Assembly: GCA_002269645.1 (NCBI GenBank)
Contig: NIVC01000069.1
Coordinates: 62,001-126,000, forward strand
DNA from: Macrostomum lignano
Taxonomy: Eukaryota
Length of the DNA: 64,000 nucleotides
Direction of reading: 5' to 3'
Below, piece after piece: positions 57,286 to 64,000 of the stretch. Below the pieces are notes generated by a model that worked only from the letters and a program-made list of their open reading frames with translations, searched no databases and was not told the DNA's origin. Position numbers and translations under genes: made by a program. How positions within the stretch are numbered: the stretch's first letter is position 1; every line of letters begins with the position of its first letter.

Positions 57286-60200
57286 ATGCGGGTATGCATC
57301 ATAGGCGCAGGTGTCAGCGGTCTAGTCAGCATCAAAGCCTGCTTAGAAGAGGCTGAGCAATTTCAGCCAGTCTGTTTCGAGCGCACCAACGATATTGGCG
57401 GTTTGTGGCGATTTCGAGAAGACGATGGACAGGCATGCGTGATGCGGTCAACTGTGATCAACACTAGCAAGGAAATGATGGCTATCAGTGACTTTCCACC
57501 CAGCTCGTCTTATCCGAACTTTATGCACAACAGTCAGGTGCAGCAGTACCTGAGAGACTATGCCGACAAGTTCAATTTGAGGCAGTACATTCAGTTCCGT
57601 CATACTATTGAGAAGGTGGAGAAATGTCCAGATTTCAACTCTACCGGACAGTGGATTGTCACGGTGAAAGACGACCAGTCTGGTGTAAGTCGTACCGAGA
57701 CATTTGGCGCTGTGCTGGTGTGTGTCGGTCACCATGCCAACCCTCACGTGGCCAGCTTTGCTGGATTAGATGCGAACTTCCAAGGCCAGGTGTTCCATCC
57801 GCACAGTTATCGCGACTGCACAGGTGACAATTTCAAAGGCAAGCGCGTGCTCATTGTTGGGATTGGCAATTCGGGCGGCGATCTGGCTGTCGAATTGAGT
57901 CGGGTGGCCTCTCAGGTAGGTTGAAGTTTTGGTTCGGTTTCTTAGAAAATTATTTTTTGAAGGCTGGTTTTACATAAATATATAGATTAGCTAGAAAAAT
58001 GACAACATTGAGTTTGTTTGTTTGAATAGACACGCATGTATTTATATGGTATTTACTAAGGTATATGCTTTACAACGATCGACTGCTACAACTCAACTGC
58101 TTAACCTAACTATACCTAACCTAACCTAAACCCTACCTAAACCCTACCTTAAACCCTACTCTGAACCCTATTCTAAATCCTATCCTAAACCGTCACCTAA
58201 ATCCTATCCTAGAACCTGATTCCTAAACCCTACCCTAAATCCTATCCTAAACCCTACTCGTACCCTAAATCCTATCCTAAACCCTACCCTAAACCCTATC
58301 CTAAACCGTCACCTAAATCCTATCCTAAACCCTGATTCCTAAACTCTACCCTAAGCCCTATCTAAAGCCCTATCTTAAACCCAAATTCCTGAACTCACCT
58401 TAACACCTTAAACCGTATCCTAAACCCTACCAAAACGCTATCCTAAAGATTTAACATGCATTGTAATAAGAGATTCTGTTTTCGCGTTCGCATTAAAACC
58501 AGCCTTAATTATAAAGCTAGGTTAGGTTTCCACCATTCAACTAAAGCTTTGTCATGCTTTTTAAGTGTGGTCACCTAAATTGGTGGTCTGTGACACTATA
58601 TATATACATATAGGCTTGTGCATTGTCTGCAGCAATACTCATATACACTTTCCGTGCTCGCTCCACTTATGGTTAAGAACACTTCATTACTTTTTTTAAC
58701 AGCATCTGTGCCCCAGCTCAAATATGCTATTTTGCTTTTAGTTAGAAAACTATTTCCTGACGCTGTGCAATTTCTCTGCGAGTGCCTGCCTGTCTGTCTG
58801 TCTTTTTGTTTTCTTGACAGAGCAGCGTTAGGTTAGCTTTTCTTTCCACTGTTTTTTCAAGAAGTTTCCGACTCTGCATACACATGCACATGTATTGCTG
58901 TCGGGTATCTCGGATACGCTCACTTTCTATAACTGTACTATAAGTGCAGTTAGCATTTTATATAGAAACTTGTACAGTATTACTAGCCATCACAGAATGT
59001 CTATTGCAGTATAATTATTAGTGATCACCTCAGAGCATTACTCACCCTTCCTAACCTTTATGACCTGAATACATCTCAGATTCTCTCACCCCATATGACC
59101 TCTGAAACTGTCACCCTCGCTGCCCCCTCTCTGACCACTTCTCGCCCTCTCTGACCCCCTCTCACCCTCTCTGACCCCCTTTTAGCCTCTCTGACCCCCT
59201 CTCACCCTCTGACACCCTCTCTGACTCCCTTTCACCCTCTCTGACCTCTTCTCACCCCCTCTGACCCCTTTTACCCTCTCTGACACCCTCTCACCCTCTC
59301 TGACACCCTCTCTGACACCCTCTCACCCTCTCTGACACCCTCTCACCCTCTCTGACACCCTCTCTGACCCCCTCTCACTCTCTGACACCCTCTCTGAGCC
59401 TCTCCTTATAATTACCCACTCGTGTTTGGTTAGTGCATTGGATCTATAGCACCAACATCCTCTCTGTACAAACAGGTATTCTTAAGCACTCGCCGAGGCA
59501 CCTGGCTATTCAAAAGAATCCTAGACAATGGCTTGCCAATTGACTTGTTGATAACCAGGCGCTGGTTAATGAAACTGGCCTACTCTTTGCCGCAGTCATT
59601 GGTTAACGCCAAAATGTGCATGCTTGGGCGCAAACTAGGGATTCGCCCGGCCGTTTCTATTGGCGGCACACACATGTAAGTCGCTATTGGACAGAATATT
59701 GGTCACGTGACTGCTCTCAGCCAATAGCGACTTACATGTGTGTGTTGCCAGTGGAGACGGCCGGGTGATTCCCAAGGTTGCGCATGTATGAAAATGCGTA
59801 GCGATATTAATCACGTGATTGATCACCGGCTGTACTCACTGGAGCCCGAGCACGAGCCTATGGCCGCGCATCCTACGGTTAATGACGATTTGCCAAATAG
59901 AATTATCTGCGGCTCTGTTAAAGTGAAAACCGATGTTAAACAGTTCACAGGTTAGTAAAATGGCTTGTATTCGTAAAGTATCTTAGACACAAGTGAGACA
60001 CTCTGAGATGCATTTGAGACACTCTGAGATGCATTTGAGACACTTCTGAGATGCATTTGAGACACTCTGAGATGCATTTGAGACACTCTGAGATGCATTT
60101 GAGACACTCTGAGATGCATTTGAGACACTCTGAGATGCATTTGGAGACACTCTAAGATGCATTTAAGACACTCTGAGATGCATTTGAGACACTCTGAGAT

Positions 60201-62100
60201 GCATTTGAGACACTCTGAGATGCATTTGAGACACTCTGAGATGCATTTGAGACACTTCTGAGATGCATTTGAGACACTCTGAGATGCATTTGAGACACTC
60301 TGAGATGCATTTGAGACACTCTGAGATGCATTTGAGACACTCTGAGATGCATTTGGAGACACTCTAAGATGCATTTAAGACACTCTGAGATGCATTTGAG
60401 ACACTCTGAGATGCATTTGAGACACTCTGAGATGCATTTAAGACACTCTGAGATGCATTTGAGACACTCTGAGATGCGTTTGAGACAATTCTGAAAGCTG
60501 GAAAGTTTTTTAGTTTAAAAATTTCTGAGAGGGTTCTAGTCTAGTGGTTAGAGCGTCGGACCCACAACTGAAAGGTCGGGGGTTCGATTCTCGACCCACT
60601 CGGAACAATTGTGTCCTGAGCAAGACACTTAACTCTGCATTGCTTCAGCTCACCCAGCTGTAAAATGGGTGCCAGCATTAGCTGGGGTAATTGAGGGTGT
60701 GTGGCGACCCCCCAGTCCTTGGACCGAACAGCCGTACGCAGCGTTCAGATGACTGCGGCTATACGCTGCGCAATAGCTGCGGCTGAGCTGTCGGTTGCAC
60801 ATTTGGCCAAATTAGGGCAGGTGTAATCAGTTATGTAGCGTTATTAGTTTTTAAGCTAATCTTATCTCTTTAGTCTTTCATTGTAAATCTCAGGCCTAAT
60901 TTGGGGGGGGGGCTGCTACCCGAATATTAAAGCACGACTTCGCATCCTAATTGACTTGCACTTTCCAGCCACCGGCTGCGAATTCGTTGACGGCACCGTC
61001 GAGGACAATCTGGACGTTGTTACGAGTATCGTTGCCACCGGTTACAAATTCTCGTTTCCATTCCTGCCGGAAGATGTGATTTCGGTAGTTGACAACAGGC
61101 TGGACCTGTACAAGTACGTGTTTCCGCCCAAACTGGAACGGTCAACCCTGGCTTTTATTGGCTACGTGCAACCGCTTGGCGCTCTGCACCCGATCTCTGA
61201 GGGTCAGGCCAGATGGGCCGTCCAGGTGTTCAAAGGCATGGCACCGCTGCCAACTGCCGAAGCTATGCTAGCGGATGTGGAAGCTAAGCGAACGGCTATG
61301 GCTAGTCGATATGTGAAAAGTCCGAGGCATACTATTCAGGCAAATAGGTGTTATTTATTATTGACACTGTACAGAAGTTACCTTAGGCTTTGGCCGATAT
61401 TTAGCGTGAAAATCTTTATGCAATAAAGAAAGTAGTTCATATTTTGACTTCTTCAAATTTTGCCGATATGTAGTGTAACAATTTTCTTAAATTAAAAAGC
61501 CGTTCTTCATAAATTAATTTCTCACCGATATGTAGCGTAAAAATCTTTATGCATTGCAAAAAGCATTTCTCTTCGAGCTTCCGTTAATGTCGCCGATATG
61601 TAGCGTAAAAGGCTTTATGCATTGAAAAAAAGCCATTTCCTTCTCGAGCTTCCCTTAATGTCACCGATATGTATTCATAGTGTAAAAACTAAGTTGTGTA
61701 TATTGAAGAATTCCATTCGTATTCTCTGATTTCTCACCGATATGTTGAGTACCAATTATAACTGCCCGCATTCCAGGTGGACTGGGTTCCCTACATGGAC
61801 GAAATTCACGAGCAGTTTGGCGCCAGACCCAATATGCTGCGCCTGTGGCTCAGCGATCCCCGATTAGCCAGCAGTGTTTGGTTCGGTCCCTGCCTGCCCT
61901 ATCACTATCGGCTGGACGGTCCGCACGCTTGGCCGGGCGCCAGGGAGGCTATTCTTAACGTGTGGGACCGGGTTCGAGCCCCGCTAGCTACTAGGCCGCT
62001 GCCGCCGGCTCCTAGCGCTAATGGGTCGTTTGGCAGCATCCTCTGTTTAGTGGCGATTGCTGGAGTGCTGCTGGCAGTGCTTGTTCTGCTGTGGCGTTGA
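57286..62100 (+). CDS. FMO: Flavin-containing monooxygenase (FMO5-like). Exons 57286-57915, 59476-59950 (interrupted by a MITE at 59619-59790), 60969-61339, 61777-62100
   Basis: FAD motif IGAGVSG, FMO motif FQGQVFHPHSY, NADPH motif GIGNSG, STRRGTW, PTVNDDLPNRI, VATGY, QPLGA, HTIQ|VDWVPYMDE, C-terminal TM anchor; the last intron needs a GC donor. Confidence 0.92.
58105..58450. repeat. Degenerate telomere-like (CCCTAAA/CCTAA) tract in FMO intron 1
   Basis: CCTAACCTAACC grading into CCCTAAACCCTATCCTAAA variants. Confidence 0.75.
59090..59400. repeat. CT-rich low-complexity tandem repeat (CTCTCTGACACC)n
   Basis: Direct reading. Confidence 0.85.
59619..59790. mobile_element. hAT-type MITE (172 bp) inserted in FMO coding sequence
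   Basis: Right end is the reverse complement of CATACATGCGCAAC (same TIR as 7516-7789); left TIR degenerate; inner arms CACACATGTAAGTCGCTATTGG pair perfectly; 8-bp TSD AAAATGTG / AAAATGCG. Confidence 0.88.
59990..60490. repeat. 21-bp minisatellite (GAGACACTCTGAGATGCATTT)n in an FMO intron
   Basis: Direct reading. Confidence 0.95.
60528..60830 (+). mobile_element. tRNA-derived CORE/Meta-type SINE, near full length
   Basis: A box CTAGTGG, B box GGTTCGATTC, GAGCAAGACACTTAAC...CTGTAAAATGGG, tail ending GGGCAGGTGTAATCA. Confidence 0.9.
61385..61745. repeat. Degenerate tandem repeat built on CCGATATGTAGCGTAAAAATCTTTATGC in the last FMO intron
   Basis: About 5-6 recurrences of CCGATAT(G)TAG. Confidence 0.7.
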
Positions 62101-62134
62101 CTGCTGCTAGAATGATGCTGAGAGTGCTAAGCAG

Positions 62135-62620
62135 GGGTGAGATTTAGGGTGAGATGAGCTGAGATACTGTCTCATGCAGTGAGTTGTAGGTTGAGATTAA
62201 CAGATACTGTCTTATGGGGTGAGATTTGGATTGACATAAATAGAAATACTGTCTCATAGGGTGAGATCTAGGATGAGATGAACGGAGATACTGTCTCATT
62301 GTGGTGAGATCTAGGGTGAGATGAACGGAGATACTGTCTCATTGGGGTGAGATCTAGGGTGAGATGAACGGAGATACTGTCTCATTGGGGTGAGGTCTAG
62401 GGTGAGATGAACGGATATATTCGAATACTGTCTCATGCGGTGAGTTTAAGGGTGAGATGAACAGGGATACTGTTTTATAGGGGTGAGATCTAGGGTGAGA
62501 TGAAGGGAAGTACTAATCCAGGGGGAGATCTATGGTGAGATGAACAGAGATACTGTCTCATGGGATGAGATCTAGGGTGAGATGAACAGAGATGCTCTGT
62601 CATGCGGTGAGATTTCGGAA
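62135..62620. repeat. ~40-bp degenerate minisatellite (GGGTGAGATCTAGGGTGAGATGAACGGAGATACTGTCTCATT)n
   Basis: Direct reading. Confidence 0.85.
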
Positions 62621-63189
62621 TCTAGATTTTCGCATCAATGAAAAGTCAAATTCTTACACTTTGATTTCCGAAACGATTTTATCAATTCATACATAAGACA
62701 TAAAGTTTTGACACATGCGCTTATCATGCAGTTTAGAGAGAGATTTTTAGTATATGGGATATGTAGCATATAATAAATACATGATTTATTGATTATAATA
62801 GTTTTCAAATTTGTTCAATGTCCGGTGTGTTCCTGAGAGCTTTTAATTAGTTTGTTATATAATTATTGTTTCATAGGTGCTTTAAAATTATGATTGAAAT
62901 CTGCCAGCATCCTACGATTAAATTAAACTATTTGTTAAGAAATCCAATTAGATTTATCATTAATAGATTGTCAATTTTATTTTGTTTTCTTTCATGGTCT
63001 TAAATTGAATATAATTTAATATATATTCATTTAATAATATAATATAGTGAATATAATATTTGTGTTATTAGCAAATTTAATTATATTGCACACCCAACAG
63101 TCCTACATGCAAGACATACAGTAGTCTTCAGACTTTTCTCTTGACTCTTGTCCGTCCTATTCATACTATCTTGTTTCTCAGTCTTACTG

Positions 63190-64000
63190 CTACTGTCTCA
63201 TCTCACTCTATCACTCTCCTCATATCCCTCACTGTCTCCTCTCCTCGCCTCACCTCTCCTTTTCTCTGATCTCCCCTCTCACAGTGTCTCCTCTCCCATC
63301 TCACTCTCTCATTGTCTCTTCTCTCATCTCTCCCTCTCACTGTCTCTCTTCTCCCATCTCCCTCTCTCTGCCCCTTCCATCTCCCCCTCTCACTGTCTCG
63401 CATCTCCCTCTCACACTGTCTCTTCTCTCATCACTCCCTCTCACCGTCCCATCTCCCTTTCTCACTATCTCCCTCTCTCACTATCTCTCCCTATCACTGT
63501 TCTTCTCTCCCATCTCCCTTTCTCACTGTCTCTCCTCTCCCATCTCCCTTTCTCACTGTCTCTCCTCTCCCATCTCACTTTCTCACTGTCTCTTCTCCCA
63601 TCTCCCTCTCTCACTGTCTCTCGTCTCCCATCTCCCTTTCTCACTGTCTCTCCTCTCCCATCTCCCTCTCTCACTGTCTCTCCTCTCCCATCTCCCTTTC
63701 TCACTGTCTCTTCTCTCATCTCTCCCTCTCACTGTCTCTCGTCTCCCATCTCCCTTTCTCACTGTCTCTCCTCTCCCATCTCCCTCTCTCACTGTCTCTC
63801 CTCTCCCATCTCCCTTTCTCACTGTCTCTTCTCTCATCTCTCCCTCTCACTGTCTCTCGTCTCCCATCTCCCTTTCTCACTGTCTCTCCTCTCCCATCTC
63901 CCTTTCTCACTGTCTCTTCTCTCATCTCTCCCTCTCACTGTCTCTCGTCTCCCATCTCCCTTTCTCACTGTCTCTCCTCTCCCATCTCCCTCTCTCACTG
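63190..64000. repeat. CT-rich ~28-bp minisatellite (CTCCCATCTCCCTTTCTCACTGTCTCTC)n, runs off the window end
   Basis: Direct reading. Confidence 0.93.

Noticed and set aside
524-63925. Many long low-complexity ORFs ([48 protein letters not shown])
   Set aside because: They are translations of stop-free tandem repeats lying in introns or intergenic DNA.

Overview
Eukaryotic (animal) genomic DNA with GT-AG introns, AT-rich spacers and dense tandem repeats. The gene style, minisatellite-filled introns and spliced-leader-like motifs suggest a free-living flatworm such as Macrostomum lignano (inference, not verified). Host genes: last exon of a synaptotagmin-like C2 gene, PCMT1, AMP deaminase, a PTB/PID-domain gene, a DEG/ENaC N-terminal exon, a TRP-like S5-S6 fragment, two near-identical intronless C-type lectin genes and an FMO. 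Mobile DNA: an intact Mag-type Ty3/Gypsy element with identical LTRs nested in a 2-kb solo LTR; a second copy of that solo LTR; a 900-bp solo LTR rich in AP-1/CArG sites; two complementary Tc1 (DD34E) derivatives; a DIRS-like tyrosine-recombinase remnant; nested RNase H-bearing LINE 3' ends; four tRNA/CORE-type SINEs; and several MITE/foldback elements. The strongest leads are (i) a hAT-type MITE inside an FMO coding exon that could be spliced out in frame as a newborn intron, (ii) a spliced-leader-like relic just upstream of the AMPD start codon, and (iii) solo LTRs carrying Hox-Pbx-Meis or AP-1/SRF enhancer grammars. Everything was read by eye; no database searches were run.
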